From the sequence record OR757434.1: DNA of 64,000 bases; one strand, 5' to 3'. A program made the translations under genes and the position numbers. This document shows positions 28,782 through 39,045 of the stretch, in pieces. Below the pieces are notes generated by a model that ran no database searches, was not told where the DNA came from, and saw only the letters and a list, made by a program, of their open reading frames with translations. Numbering within the stretch: position 1 is the first letter of the stretch; each line of letters opens with the position of its first letter. Source of the DNA: Escherichia phage vB-EcoP-XT18.

Positions 28782-29843
28782 TTACGCCGCCACTGCCTTT
28801 CCCGCAGCAGTGAACAGAACACCGGAAGCATACGGGTTGCGGTGACGCAGACCAACTTCCATCTCAATCATCCATTTTTCGTAAGAACCATCTTTAGCCA
28901 GTTCAGTACGTTTCGGAGCACGCAGAACCATCTGAGTCCAGTCAGCGCTACGGAAGAAGTAAACTGCATCGGTAGGCATCCAACGGTTAACGATGATTTT
29001 GTAGCTCTGGCCCAGCGGGTCAGTGATGCTGTTAACTTCGTAAATGAACTGCTTGGTGTTTTCAAAGATACGCTTACGTGAACCCTGAGTATTTTCTTGC
29101 AGACCAGCGAAGATCTTAGCATGAGCCGGGTTAATCATGATGATATCTGCTTCAGAACCAGCGGTGTACAGTTGCAGAGTCATATCAAAGATATCTGCTT
29201 CATCAAAGCCGATGTTAGTAGCCGGGTTAGAAGCGTTCTGTGCAACTTTAACAGTGATTGCACCAGTATCCGGGTCAGCAGGACCATTCTTGGTCTTGTC
29301 AACAACGCCGCCAGCCAGACCACCGTGAGCACACAGGAACTGGAATGCACCAGTCTTACGAGCTGCATGGGTGTCGTTCTTGCCAATCTGATCTGGGTCA
29401 GCGGCAGAGTTAGTCAGGTATTGGTCAGCCAGAACGTCGGTACGAGCCTGACCAGACAGAAGGATTTTCTCGAGGTCACGCTTGATCTCTTTACCTTTCT
29501 TCTCCAGCTGGTACATCAGTTCGCGACCACGACCGTAGTTAGCGGTGGTGTTAGCAGTGTCAGAAACACGAACAACCTTACGCAGAATCTGAGTAACGTT
29601 AGACTTGATAACAGTCGGTTTCATTTCGCCGTCTTCAGCACGAGAGCCTTCGACGTGTGCGTTATTACCATCAACGCTTGCCAGTGCATCGGTCTGCCAG
29701 CTAAAGATAGTCTGGTTGATAGACTCTTTACCGGTCATGGATACGAACGGGGTATCCTGAGGGGACAGAACAGAAATCCAGTTAGCAAAAGAAAGTTTTT
29801 TACCATTCTGGTCATACGATACAAATAAAGTTGGATTAGCCAT
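28782..29843 (-). CDS. major capsid protein
   Basis: 353 aa with strong RBS TAGGAG directly downstream of scaffold gene and followed by strong terminator; order terminase-portal-scaffold-capsid. Confidence 0.6.
   Translation of the reverse strand: MANPTLFVSYDQNGKKLSFANWISVLSPQDTPFVSMTGKESINQTIFSWQTDALASVDGNNAHVEGSRAEDGEMKPTVIKSNVTQILRKVVRVSDTANTTANYGRGRELMYQLEKKGKEIKRDLEKILLSGQARTDVLADQYLTNSAADPDQIGKNDTHAARKTGAFQFLCAHGGLAGGVVDKTKNGPADPDTGAITVKVAQNASNPATNIGFDEADIFDMTLQLYTAGSEADIIMINPAHAKIFAGLQENTQGSRKRIFENTKQFIYEVNSITDPLGQSYKIIVNRWMPTDAVYFFRSADWTQMVLRAPKRTELAKDGSYEKWMIEMEVGLRHRNPYASGVLFTAAGKAVAA
28797..28803 (-). other. candidate -1 ribosomal frameshift heptamer G_GGA_AAG
   Basis: X_XXY_YYZ pattern 7 codons before capsid stop; possible downstream hairpin aacagt ... 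actgtt. Confidence 0.4.
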
Positions 29844-29884
29844 GTTATGTTAGCTCCTATACTATTAAATAATTAATTTGTCGA

Positions 29885-30970
29885 TTAATCTACGAGGAAT
29901 TTGAATGCGTCTTCGTGACTAACGCGACCCTCTGCGAATGCCTTGGCAACCTTAGCGTTGTCTGGCTTATTGGAAGTACGAGACTTTGCAGCATCAGACT
30001 TCACAACCTTGCGTGGAGCACCGGGACGTTTAATCTTAGCCATCACCTGCTGCTTACCTTTATCAAATTGGTATGCTTTATGGAGAGCTAGGAAAATAGA
30101 CGGACGGTTTTCCTTCAATACTTCTTCTTCAGTAGCACCTAAGTCAATTGCATATTGCATTAAGTTTTGATATAAGTTTTCATCCCAATTTGGAATCTCA
30201 CGTTTCAGAATATTAACGCACTCAATACTTTTGGCTTGGAAAGCTTCCTGTTCTTTAGCTGCTGCTTCCTGCTTAACACGCATCTGAGCCTGTTCAAGCT
30301 GGTTACGACGAGCTGTGTACTTCTCTAGGAAACGTTTGTTTTCAACATATGCTTGAGGATCTTCTACTGCAAGCTTGTCCCAATCAAATCCGTTGTAATC
30401 TTCAATTACTCGGTCTGCTTCTAAAGACGCTAATTCTAATACATCCTTCAAACCTACTACACGTTCCTCAAATGCTTCCATGTGACGCTGAAGAGTTGAT
30501 TCTCGTTCGGTCATGTCAGCACCAGTAAGATAGCCATTGGAGAGTTCTTCAATAGTCATCTCACGTCCATCAGGAAGGGTGATAACGGTTTCGTAGTCTA
30601 CATCAAAGACCTCACCATCACCGTCAGCAGAATCATCTTCATACCCTGCATCGCTTGAGTCTTCCTCTTCTGCTTCAGTGTTTTCATCACCTTCATCAGA
30701 GTCATCCCCATCTTCTTCGACTTCGCCTTCCTCATCATGATCTTCCCAACCATCTTCATCTTCGAACTTAAGCTCATCGCTTTCACCGAGAAGGTCGGTA
30801 TCAAAGTCGAAATTGTCACCGGTATCTTCCGGGAACTCATCGTCAATGTCCACTTCTGGTTCTTGTTCAGATTCTAATCGACCAAGTTCTTCTTTAAAAG
30901 AACCTTTCAGGTCATCCAGTTGGAGGAAAGATTTAAAATCGTTCGGGTCAATATAATTATCTTGTGGCAT
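29885..30970 (-). CDS. scaffolding protein (putative)
   Basis: Highly acidic N-terminal half (D/E runs), helical C-terminal half; between portal and capsid. Confidence 0.5.
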   Translation of the reverse strand: MPQDNYIDPNDFKSFLQLDDLKGSFKEELGRLESEQEPEVDIDDEFPEDTGDNFDFDTDLLGESDELKFEDEDGWEDHDEEGEVEEDGDDSDEGDENTEAEEEDSSDAGYEDDSADGDGEVFDVDYETVITLPDGREMTIEELSNGYLTGADMTERESTLQRHMEAFEERVVGLKDVLELASLEADRVIEDYNGFDWDKLAVEDPQAYVENKRFLEKYTARRNQLEQAQMRVKQEAAAKEQEAFQAKSIECVNILKREIPNWDENLYQNLMQYAIDLGATEEEVLKENRPSIFLALHKAYQFDKGKQQVMAKIKRPGAPRKVVKSDAAKSRTSNKPDNAKVAKAFAEGRVSHEDAFKFLVD

Positions 30971-31206
30971 TATGAAACATCTCCTGCACTATTGATAGCA
31001 GCTTTTATGACCTCTTTTAAGCTACCCACCATTTTATACTTTTGATAACAATCTTCGCGTTTCTTATTCTCATGAGGTTCAGTTTGAACTATCTCTGTCA
31101 TGAGTCTTTCTTTCAATGCCTCTAATGCTGCGTCAAGACTGCCGTTAAGATTGAGAGCCGCCAAAGCGGCGGCGTGCTCTTTATTGAATTGATGCCTAAT
31201 GTTCAT
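30970..31206 (-). CDS. hypothetical small protein
   Basis: Between portal and scaffold genes; translationally coupled. Confidence 0.3.
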   Translation of the reverse strand: MNIRHQFNKEHAAALAALNLNGSLDAALEALKERLMTEIVQTEPHENKKREDCYQKYKMVGSLKEVIKAAINSAGDVS

Positions 31207-31215
31207 TCGACGTCC

Positions 31216-33459
31216 TTACTTTTTACTTCCAAGACGTTTGCCTGGAATCCGTGAATCTTTGAGAGAAGCTTGTTGCTCTTTCTTAGTTACATTTGCTTCT
31301 TTCTTCTGGAGTTCCAAAGTTTTATCCTGAACACGAGATTGCTGAACAATCTTCTCTTGGTCAACCTGATGTTCCATAACCATCTGCAATTCTTTCAGTA
31401 CAGACTCATACTGACGGACCTGCTGTTGCATAAGAGCTAACTTGTGCTTAGCTTGTTCCAGAGTTGCATTGTTATCTTCTTTACGGTTTTCCAGAGTCAT
31501 AGCATCTGCTGCATTTTCTTGCTTGAACTGCAACTCTTCCTGACGCAGACTTAATTCATCCGCAGCTTTCTGCTGTTCGAATGTAGTACGTTCACGCTGG
31601 TCGAATGCATCAGCAATCATCTTCTGAGAAGAAGCCTGTACGTTCTCAACCTGTGCTTTAGTCATCTCGAGCTGGAGGATTTCCATCGGAGACGGCTCAG
31701 GAGGCTGATACTGTTCCAGAGGCAGTAGGTATTTGTGAGTGTCTTTAATACCCATCAACTCAAAGATCTGTGCAGTCATGTAACGGTCTTGCTCCAAACC
31801 GAAGAGAGGTGCTAACTGTGCATCTGCTGCAATCAGCTGCTTCAAGCTAATCAGTTTCTGTGCACGTTCTGCTTTTTCATTAGGAGAGATAGCTACAACA
31901 ACTTGAAGATTGTGACGAGCTGGTAATTGTTTCGGATTTACCTGAACCATACCACGAGGGGTTTGTACCTCAATAGGAACTTCACCATTTTCTCTGATAA
32001 GGCTATAAATACCACGCATCAATTCAACCATACCATTGTGAGCAATGTTACGACATACCATACGGAGACGGTTCTGTGCAGCATTCATCATCAAGCCTAC
32101 GGTTGCATAAGCGTTATCGTTCTTAAACACATCAGGGTTGATACCCATGCCAAGTTTAGTTACACCAGTACGTGTCTCTTTAAGCTCCTCAGACATACCT
32201 AGGAGGCCATCAATACCTTGAGGTAGGTTATGGTATGGGAACAGGTCGATAGCGTCCTGACGTTCCATTTCAACCACTCCACCGGGACGGTTATCAAGCA
32301 GAGAGCGACGATCGTATGCACCAACAAGAGCTTTGTATCGACCATAGTTAGCATTGTTGACGTTATCAATATAACCACGAACTAACGCGGTACGTAAATC
32401 CTGAATATCTTTCGTAATGTCATAGACTGACTGACCATAGAAGGAACCCGGAATCGGATACGGACAGAAGGTTACAAACGGAATGTGAGTTACTTCTTCA
32501 GTGTGAAGGATATGCTCACCAGCTTGAATAACCTGATAGAGTTTAGATTCTTTATTCTTATCTAGAACACCAGTACGGATGTAGTGCTCATAAACCCAAA
32601 CCATAGTAGCGATATCTTCAGTATCTGTGCCAATGTCAGCATCAATGTCCTGACGCCAGTCAGTACGAGACCAAGCAACTGTAGATTGAGTGGTATCCAT
32701 CGTGTCTGTCCAGTCATTAAATGCTTCAATCTCATCTTTAGGGAAGCCCATAGCAACCAGATCTTCTTTAGAACGACGTACACGATGACAGAAATATTGT
32801 GCATCTGCAAAAGAGGTAGCATGTTCATCAACAAAGATTTGCTCTGAAGGAACATATTCAACTTTCACACGTTTAACAGTTTGTTCATAAGTAACTTTAA
32901 CATCTACTGTACCGTCTTCATTTTCTTCAGTGAAGATTTCCAGATTCTTGAGTCCACCAGCTTCTAATCCCTGAACATATGCAGCCAACGCTTCCGGTGG
33001 TACACCTTCAGCTTCTTCAGTTTGAGTAGAAGTGTGCTCATCCCAATAATACTTGATAAAAGAGTTACGAGTAACTAGACATTCTTGTGCAGCAGAGGAG
33101 ATAATATTGTATCCCGGATTGTCACGCAGAAGAATTTGGTTAACTAGTTTAGTTGCTACATCAGCAGCATCAGAGTCCTGTTGGTTATCAGCTACAAAAG
33201 TAACTGCTTCATCACCAGAACAGAATACGTTAATAATATCTTGCAATGTACCGTTAACGGATTCCCAAACAGTACGATCTACCCAACTAGAGCTGCCAGC
33301 AGTTACTGGTGCAGGTAAGTTACCATAGAAATATTCCCAAGCTTCACGAGCATAGCCCTTAACAGCCATGTCAACGTAACCTTGAGCGTAATTAAAACGA
33401 CGTTGAAGGTCAACACGTAACTCGTCCAACACCTCTTCACTATATTTTTGCTTAGCCAT
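31216..33459 (-). CDS. portal protein
   Basis: 747 aa directly downstream of large terminase; size and order typical of portal; C-terminal coiled-coil/charged tail. Confidence 0.6.
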   Translation of the reverse strand: MAKQKYSEEVLDELRVDLQRRFNYAQGYVDMAVKGYAREAWEYFYGNLPAPVTAGSSSWVDRTVWESVNGTLQDIINVFCSGDEAVTFVADNQQDSDAADVATKLVNQILLRDNPGYNIISSAAQECLVTRNSFIKYYWDEHTSTQTEEAEGVPPEALAAYVQGLEAGGLKNLEIFTEENEDGTVDVKVTYEQTVKRVKVEYVPSEQIFVDEHATSFADAQYFCHRVRRSKEDLVAMGFPKDEIEAFNDWTDTMDTTQSTVAWSRTDWRQDIDADIGTDTEDIATMVWVYEHYIRTGVLDKNKESKLYQVIQAGEHILHTEEVTHIPFVTFCPYPIPGSFYGQSVYDITKDIQDLRTALVRGYIDNVNNANYGRYKALVGAYDRRSLLDNRPGGVVEMERQDAIDLFPYHNLPQGIDGLLGMSEELKETRTGVTKLGMGINPDVFKNDNAYATVGLMMNAAQNRLRMVCRNIAHNGMVELMRGIYSLIRENGEVPIEVQTPRGMVQVNPKQLPARHNLQVVVAISPNEKAERAQKLISLKQLIAADAQLAPLFGLEQDRYMTAQIFELMGIKDTHKYLLPLEQYQPPEPSPMEILQLEMTKAQVENVQASSQKMIADAFDQRERTTFEQQKAADELSLRQEELQFKQENAADAMTLENRKEDNNATLEQAKHKLALMQQQVRQYESVLKELQMVMEHQVDQEKIVQQSRVQDKTLELQKKEANVTKKEQQASLKDSRIPGKRLGSKK

Positions 33460-33493
33460 CTATTCTCTCCCTCGGTTGATAGCTTAAATAAAA

Positions 33494-33516
33494 GAAGGGA
33501 GGACAAACCTCCCCTC
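33494..33516 (-). terminator. hairpin with flanking T-runs (terminator/attenuator between terminase and portal)
   Basis: gaagggagg-acaaa-cctcccctc with T-runs on both strands. Confidence 0.4.
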
Positions 33517-33685
33517 TTGTTTTTCTTTCTAGCTGCACTTAAGGTAGCAAATCACCTGAATTTCTTAACCATAAGACTAAAAGGGAGGTCGTAGCCTACT
33601 CTCCCCAACAAGCCGCCAGAATGCTTGTCCCCTACACTAGAAAGACCAATTTCTGGCCTAAGTCTCTCTAGAAACTCTTAGGATT

Positions 33686-35227
33686 TTAGTAGCTCTGATT
33701 CCATCTGCTTACGTTTGCCTCATACAAAGAAGCGCTTCCGTAGCTAACATCATGCTTAGAGCGACCACGATGTGTAACAGAGCACGCTGAATAGCGCATT
33801 GCATCCATTAAGTCATCATGTTCTTTAATAATCTTACCAACCTTACGGTGATATCTAGCTTTCTCTTCGAATAGCTTAGCGTTAGCGGCTGTGTTAAAGA
33901 CTTTAAAGCGTCCACTCATCATTCTTTCTCGGATATCTGTGATTCCCGGTTCTACAAAGAAGTTCTTTTTACCATCCATTCCAATTTTGTTGTAGAAGGT
34001 CTCACTCTGTACGTTAACTCCTGCATTCTTATAGAATTGAGCAACAGATGAGCCACTACCTTTCTCAGTATTGTCCGCATCATGCGGTAGGATGACAGGA
34101 ATCCACTGACCACGACCATTAATAGCTGGAGCATGATACACTGGAGTAAAGCCACCTTCTTTATATGAGTCGTAAACATAGATAGTATCCGTGTTTGCAT
34201 CGTAAGCTGTCCAAACAGCAGCAGTTGGGTGATCAATACCAATATCAATTGCACAGACACGTTTCCACGTATCAGGAATTTCGAATGGTTCACATTTAAT
34301 TGTGTCATCCGATACATCATATATCAAACCACTTCCTAACAATGGCATACCTTTTGAACGCATCTCTAACTGCCACGCTGGAATACCTTCAGTCATATCT
34401 TTTATATCTTGGTCAGTGATGTGTCCACCTAGGTCTGCATGAGCATCCCACCAAGAAGCATTCTGGAAATACAGAGAACCTGTGTTCTCATCTCCTTCAC
34501 CTTTCATAAATTTATCTACCAGTTCAGTTAAACCGTTCTCTGGTGTAGCTGTAATTGTAACTAGACCTTTAGTTGTGAGTGTACGTGTGACGCACTGTGC
34601 GAATATAGCCATAGACTCGTATGGATCTTCTTCGTCTAACCAAATGTAGTCAACTGTTGCACCCATCAATGTGTGTTCACCCTGTTGGGTTGAACGGAAT
34701 TCTAATGTACTTAAACCGTCAAACTCTCCTCTCTCATTTTGATGTTTGATTTGTACGATTTGAAGTTTGTTACCATCTCGTTCTATCGTATCAATGACGA
34801 TAGCATCACGAGGAATGACACCTGTCCCTAATAAATTTGTATCCTTTCCGATAGGTGTACCAAACAATTCCTTTTGCAATACTTTCCTTGTGGAATCCCC
34901 TGTAATACCAACTGCCCATGCTAAGATAGGTCTTTTAAATTTATATCCTGTCCACCAAGTTGGGTAGCGACCTGTGACATGACAAGCAAACTCGTATGCC
35001 TCGCTATAAGATTTACCAACACGGTTCGCTGCACACAAGAATCTAAAGCGATGCTTCAATCCTGCTGCATAAAATTTCTTTTGGAAGTCATACGCCTTGA
35101 AAGACAAAATCTTATTATACTTCCTCCATTGGTCACGCTCTTTCAACATATTCAATAGTGCTTTCTTTTCGTCTACACTAAGGTTGTTACCAGTTAGAGC
35201 TTCATAAATTTGTTTATCTAATGACAT
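33686..35227 (-). CDS. terminase large subunit
   Basis: Walker A-like CAANRVGKS near N-terminus, C-terminal nuclease-like acidic residues, 513 aa, upstream of portal. Confidence 0.7.
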   Translation of the reverse strand: MSLDKQIYEALTGNNLSVDEKKALLNMLKERDQWRKYNKILSFKAYDFQKKFYAAGLKHRFRFLCAANRVGKSYSEAYEFACHVTGRYPTWWTGYKFKRPILAWAVGITGDSTRKVLQKELFGTPIGKDTNLLGTGVIPRDAIVIDTIERDGNKLQIVQIKHQNERGEFDGLSTLEFRSTQQGEHTLMGATVDYIWLDEEDPYESMAIFAQCVTRTLTTKGLVTITATPENGLTELVDKFMKGEGDENTGSLYFQNASWWDAHADLGGHITDQDIKDMTEGIPAWQLEMRSKGMPLLGSGLIYDVSDDTIKCEPFEIPDTWKRVCAIDIGIDHPTAAVWTAYDANTDTIYVYDSYKEGGFTPVYHAPAINGRGQWIPVILPHDADNTEKGSGSSVAQFYKNAGVNVQSETFYNKIGMDGKKNFFVEPGITDIRERMMSGRFKVFNTAANAKLFEEKARYHRKVGKIIKEHDDLMDAMRYSACSVTHRGRSKHDVSYGSASLYEANVSRWNQSY

Positions 35228-35388
35228 ACTTCCTCCAGTTTAAAAATAGAAAAGGGAAAGTCCCTTCGTCAAAGAACCTCCCCTCTCCACTACAAGGGTA
35301 CACTGCAAAAGAACATCGTGGCAATAAAACTATAACAACCCTTAGATTGCTAATCAGATGATCTTCGACAGCTCCCTGTTTCCTTTAA

Positions 35389-35862
35389 TTAACTCTCGTC
35401 CGCTTCCTCCCCCTTTTCAGCGTCCTCAGAGTTGTCTTCTTCTGGAGGCATAACGTCGATACCAAGTGCTCCAGTCAAGAAGTCCTTGATTTGTGCATTC
35501 AATGATTCTTCGTTAATTACATTCTCTTCCTCAATCTTAACTTCAACAGAGGCCGCCTTAGGATATACCAGATCTGCAACTTTTGATGCAGCCTTGAATC
35601 TAAGATCAGGTGGAATATTAGGATCTTCGTAAATTTGAATTAACACTTCATCAGGAGACAAATGACTTGCAGCAACACGGTCCAACATTAATTGTGTCAG
35701 TTTACCTCTACTACCTCTGGGTCGTCCGAATTTATTTCCCTTTTGAAACTTCCCATTGCTTGGGTTCATACCACGGCCTTCAAGTTCTTCCGTTACTCCG
35801 GGTAATCTTCCTGTAATCTCAGCTACCTGTGCAGGTGTGAGTTCTCCGTTTTCTCCAAACAT
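35389..35862 (-). CDS. terminase small subunit (putative)
   Basis: 157 aa, basic N-terminal segment and acidic C-terminus, immediately upstream of large terminase. Confidence 0.4.
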   Translation of the reverse strand: MFGENGELTPAQVAEITGRLPGVTEELEGRGMNPSNGKFQKGNKFGRPRGSRGKLTQLMLDRVAASHLSPDEVLIQIYEDPNIPPDLRFKAASKVADLVYPKAASVEVKIEEENVINEESLNAQIKDFLTGALGIDVMPPEEDNSEDAEKGEEADES

Positions 35863-35889
35863 TTTATACTCCTTCTACATTATCAACAA

Positions 35890-35913
35890 CACAAAAAGCC
35901 TCCCAAGGGAGGC
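35890..35913 (-). terminator. rho-independent terminator
   Basis: gcctcc-cttg-ggaggc hairpin followed by TTTTTGT on - strand. Confidence 0.5.
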
Positions 35914-35918
35914 AAACA

Positions 35919-36551
35919 TTACTTACAATCACCAACGGACAGGTTAAACATCTTACCTAAAGTAACTATCTCACCCTCCCACGGAAGTTCTACACCCTTC
36001 TCTTCCTCTAAAAGAATAGAGCCGTCGACCAAAAATTTTTCGTAGTCTCGCAGTGCGTCGTCTACTAACTCACTCTTGTGAATCCACGTAATTGTTTCTG
36101 TACCATCTTCTTCGATTCGAACATCACGATGCCATTCATCTTTAGAGGTAATGTAATCATGGAGCATTTCATATTCAGCTTCTTCAATCATCTCAATCAT
36201 TGCACGAGCATAGTCAGGAAGGTGATCATGTTTAGTAGATTCATATTCAACTACTTCCAGAGTAGATGGTTGTGTTTTAGTTTTAGAGTTAGGGCGAGTA
36301 GTATGAATCAAATCTAACATGTTTTTGTTCTCCGTAATATTTGGTTTAAGAATACTTCCACTATACAAATCTTGTACAGCCAGTCCTGAGATGTTTCCCA
36401 TAGTTTCTAAATGTTGTAAGCTACAACCAGAGCGACATAGCTGTGAATTATACTCGTTAAGGTCCATCGCTTGGGTGTGGAAAGGAGAGCCAGAAGGGAA
36501 ACTACCTCCATAAATACCTTCCATGTTACGTGCGATTATTTGATTATTCAT
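35919..36551 (-). CDS. hypothetical protein
   Basis: First sizeable gene of leftward operon; no motif recognised. Confidence 0.3.
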   Translation of the reverse strand: MNNQIIARNMEGIYGGSFPSGSPFHTQAMDLNEYNSQLCRSGCSLQHLETMGNISGLAVQDLYSGSILKPNITENKNMLDLIHTTRPNSKTKTQPSTLEVVEYESTKHDHLPDYARAMIEMIEEAEYEMLHDYITSKDEWHRDVRIEEDGTETITWIHKSELVDDALRDYEKFLVDGSILLEEEKGVELPWEGEIVTLGKMFNLSVGDCK

Positions 36552-36798
36552 CTGTCTCTCCCTTGCTGTAATCTTTATACGTTTCTACTTTGTAAGTGCA
36601 GAATGCTCTAAAGAAGAGCCAACCTAAGCTACTCACATCAATGGTAATATCGAAATCTGTTTCATCATCTAGGTCAACAAGACGACCTAAGCATGTAGCT
36701 TCCATCCCATCTTCAGAGTCACTATTGACTACGAAAGCGTATGTCTCCGTTCTGAACCGAGGCACTATCTCTGATAAAAAGTCTAATACTAAATTCAT
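36544..36798 (-). CDS. hypothetical small acidic protein
   Basis: ORF overlapping start of downstream gene. Confidence 0.3.
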   Translation of the reverse strand: MNLVLDFLSEIVPRFRTETYAFVVNSDSEDGMEATCLGRLVDLDDETDFDITIDVSSLGWLFFRAFCTYKVETYKDYSKGETDE

Positions 36799-36849
36799 AA
36801 CTCTTCTCCTCTGAATAAGAGTATAAAGGGCTAGTCATATCTAACCCGT

Positions 36850-36950
36850 AAAGGCCACGTCATCAAAGATGACTACCTCATACTAACAACCCGTGTACTC
36901 TGAAGTAAAGGGCATGTCATAAAGGCACCCTCATGTTAAGGCCATGTCAT
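36850..36950. repeat. three direct repeats AAGG(C/G)CA(C/T)GTCAT
   Basis: aaggccacgtcat, aagggcatgtcat, aaggccatgtcat within about 100 bp in the divergent control region. Confidence 0.6.
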
Positions 36951-37344
36951 TAGTCATACTTGATACATCTTGCTATAGAGAAGCAGATGAATAAACAGAA
37001 GACTATTACTAACCAAAAGATTATTTCCATTAAGACCTATCCACCCACGTACTGAATCTCAACTTACCACATTCCTTACACTTCCATGTTGATAGGTAGA
37101 GACCGTGTATTCTTTCATCCCCGTAAGCTTTACGAAGAAGGTAGTAATTGTGCTTACACTTCATCCGTCTAAATACTTTAATTAGATTCATTAAGTTCTC
37201 TCTTAAGCTTATATATAACAGTTCAAAATTCTGATTTGACCGAGTGGGGCTAGGCCCTCTGCGGCGAATTGTTAAAAAGGGGGAGTCCTCAAATAAAAAA
37301 TGGTTATTGGCAATGCCTTTACACCTTCTTCCACGTTCCAACCT

Positions 37345-37750
37345 TTCCCCGTGCCTACTCCCCGTAATTATTCCCCCGTGTATACTACCCAATACATTAC
37401 CTACCCGTTTATTTAGTTCCCCTTTACTGAATGGATGAAAGGCTAGCACTGTATAGGCCAACTGATTAGTCTGCTAATAATGCCATTAATGATGGTCACC
37501 ACTCCCCATAGTTTGAGTGTAAATAGTTTCAATAGTGATTGTTATGAGTGCAATAATGATGTATGTATTAATTAAGTGGATGATTGTGTTTCTTTTAATA
37601 ATTTCTTTTAATTACTTTCTTTTTCAGCGTGCATGAGCGTAGCGAATGGTCTTTGATGTTTGAGTTATACAATTATTTAAGTGGTATATTATTACCGCAC
37701 TATCTGGCAATGTTCCCCCGTGGTCTGTCCTGCGGTTGTATGTTCCCCGT
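37345..37750. repeat. iteron-like direct repeats TYCCCCGT (at least 6 copies)
   Basis: tttccccgtg, ctccccgtaa, ttcccccgtg, tacccgttt, gttcccccgtg, gttccccgtcc; three copies spaced 13-14 bp. Confidence 0.55.
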
Positions 37751-38054
37751 CCTATAGAGATAGTAGAAATATTTTACCCGTAGGACTTGCTTTCTTTATT
37801 AAGAAGTAGTAAATTGTATTCATCGAAGCGAAGCAGTGATGCAAAGTAGCTAGATGGTAGTAAGCTCCATGAAGGATAATCGTCCTAAGTAGTGGAGAAT
37901 GTTTAAAGATAAGGACTCTGCGATTGACTGGTGAAAGCTGGAACACTATCGAGTCAGTGAAGAGGCCAACTGAGCAATGGCCCTACGTATAAAAGAGAAA
38001 TACGTGCTATCTTGTGAAACATGAAACCAAATACACATCAATGAGGATTCACAA

Positions 38055-38546
38055 ATGGCTAAGGTAATGCAGGTAGTTAATCTGGCAAGCTATGTACTGG
38101 TTGCCGCGATCGGTGTTAGTGCACTGGTAACATCTCTTTCTGATAAGGCTATCGCTAGTCCAGCTCCTGCAACTAATGCCGCTGATGTTTTCGCTAGTTC
38201 CATTAATAAAGGTTGGATGATTTGCAACGGTGCGGATAGTGACGGCAATACCATCGCGTTAAAGATGAAATTTAGTAACGTAACAAATGAAGGCGTTCTC
38301 TTTCAATCTAAGACGTTGGACGGTCAGCCTAACAGTGATCTGGTACTCAAGCGTGCTGATAATGATGCGGATATGGTGACGTTCGGCACTGTACAACGTT
38401 ATGAAGACGTTAAAGCTGTTACCAATCTTGTGAGCTACGGTCCGGTCAATGAGTCGATGATTGCTACCACTGTTTACAATAACGCTGATAATGCTGTTTA
38501 CACTGTTCACGTTAATCTAGCCAACTGCATCAAGGCCAGTAAATAA
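38055..38546 (+). CDS. secreted/membrane-anchored early protein
   Basis: N-terminal hydrophobic signal-like segment; first gene of rightward early operon. Confidence 0.4.
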   Translation: MAKVMQVVNLASYVLVAAIGVSALVTSLSDKAIASPAPATNAADVFASSINKGWMICNGADSDGNTIALKMKFSNVTNEGVLFQSKTLDGQPNSDLVLKRADNDADMVTFGTVQRYEDVKAVTNLVSYGPVNESMIATTVYNNADNAVYTVHVNLANCIKASK

Positions 38547-38572
38547 ATAACCTATTCTTGGGAGTGTAAAAC

Positions 38573-38824
38573 ATGGCTATCAAAGAAGTTAAATTATCTA
38601 GCGGGTTTTCTTGTTTTGTTTGTGATACTTTTATTGCGTTCAGCTTGAAAGAAGATGATGTGATAATCCCTGCCGTTGCTTTTTGTTCCATGAGTTTTAA
38701 CGAGGCCAAAAAATGGCTTCAATTGGTGCGCATTGATATTAATCGCGATGACTTCCGATCAATCTATGTTGACGGTGATTTGTCGCTTTCTGGTCTTCTT
38801 GAGATTGATTTGCCTAAATGGTGA
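38573..38824 (+). CDS. hypothetical small protein
   Basis: ORF in compact operon. Confidence 0.3.
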   Translation: MAIKEVKLSSGFSCFVCDTFIAFSLKEDDVIIPAVAFCSMSFNEAKKWLQLVRIDINRDDFRSIYVDGDLSLSGLLEIDLPKW

Positions 38825-38835
38825 GGGATTGATTC

Positions 38836-39045
38836 ATGGTCAATGGCGTTGTTGTTAATGATAGCGTAACTATCTTTGATAATGTTGTGTCAGTTGCAAG
38901 TAGTCGCGGTGAAAGTCGTGTACCGCTTGCCATATTGTGCAACCTTTCGGAATTTAGCGCACGAATTACGGTTGCTTATTTAGGCGGCACTTTATCCGGC
39001 CCTGAATATGTATCTATGCTCAAATACAATAAGGAGTGGTCTTAA
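38836..39045 (+). CDS. hypothetical small protein
   Basis: ORF in compact operon. Confidence 0.3.
   Translation: MVNGVVVNDSVTIFDNVVSVASSRGESRVPLAILCNLSEFSARITVAYLGGTLSGPEYVSMLKYNKEWS

Noticed and set aside
29097-29828. 243-aa + strand ORF antisense to the major capsid gene
   Set aside because: Fully embedded antisense to a well-supported gene; no RBS; likely spurious.
37030-37461. 143-aa - strand ORF in the divergent control region
   Set aside because: The N-terminal two-thirds overlap the repeat-rich promoter region and look non-coding; only a C-terminal 50-aa zinc-ribbon-like segment (MNLIKVFRRMKCKHNYY ... CKECGK) might be real, and it lacks a clear RBS.
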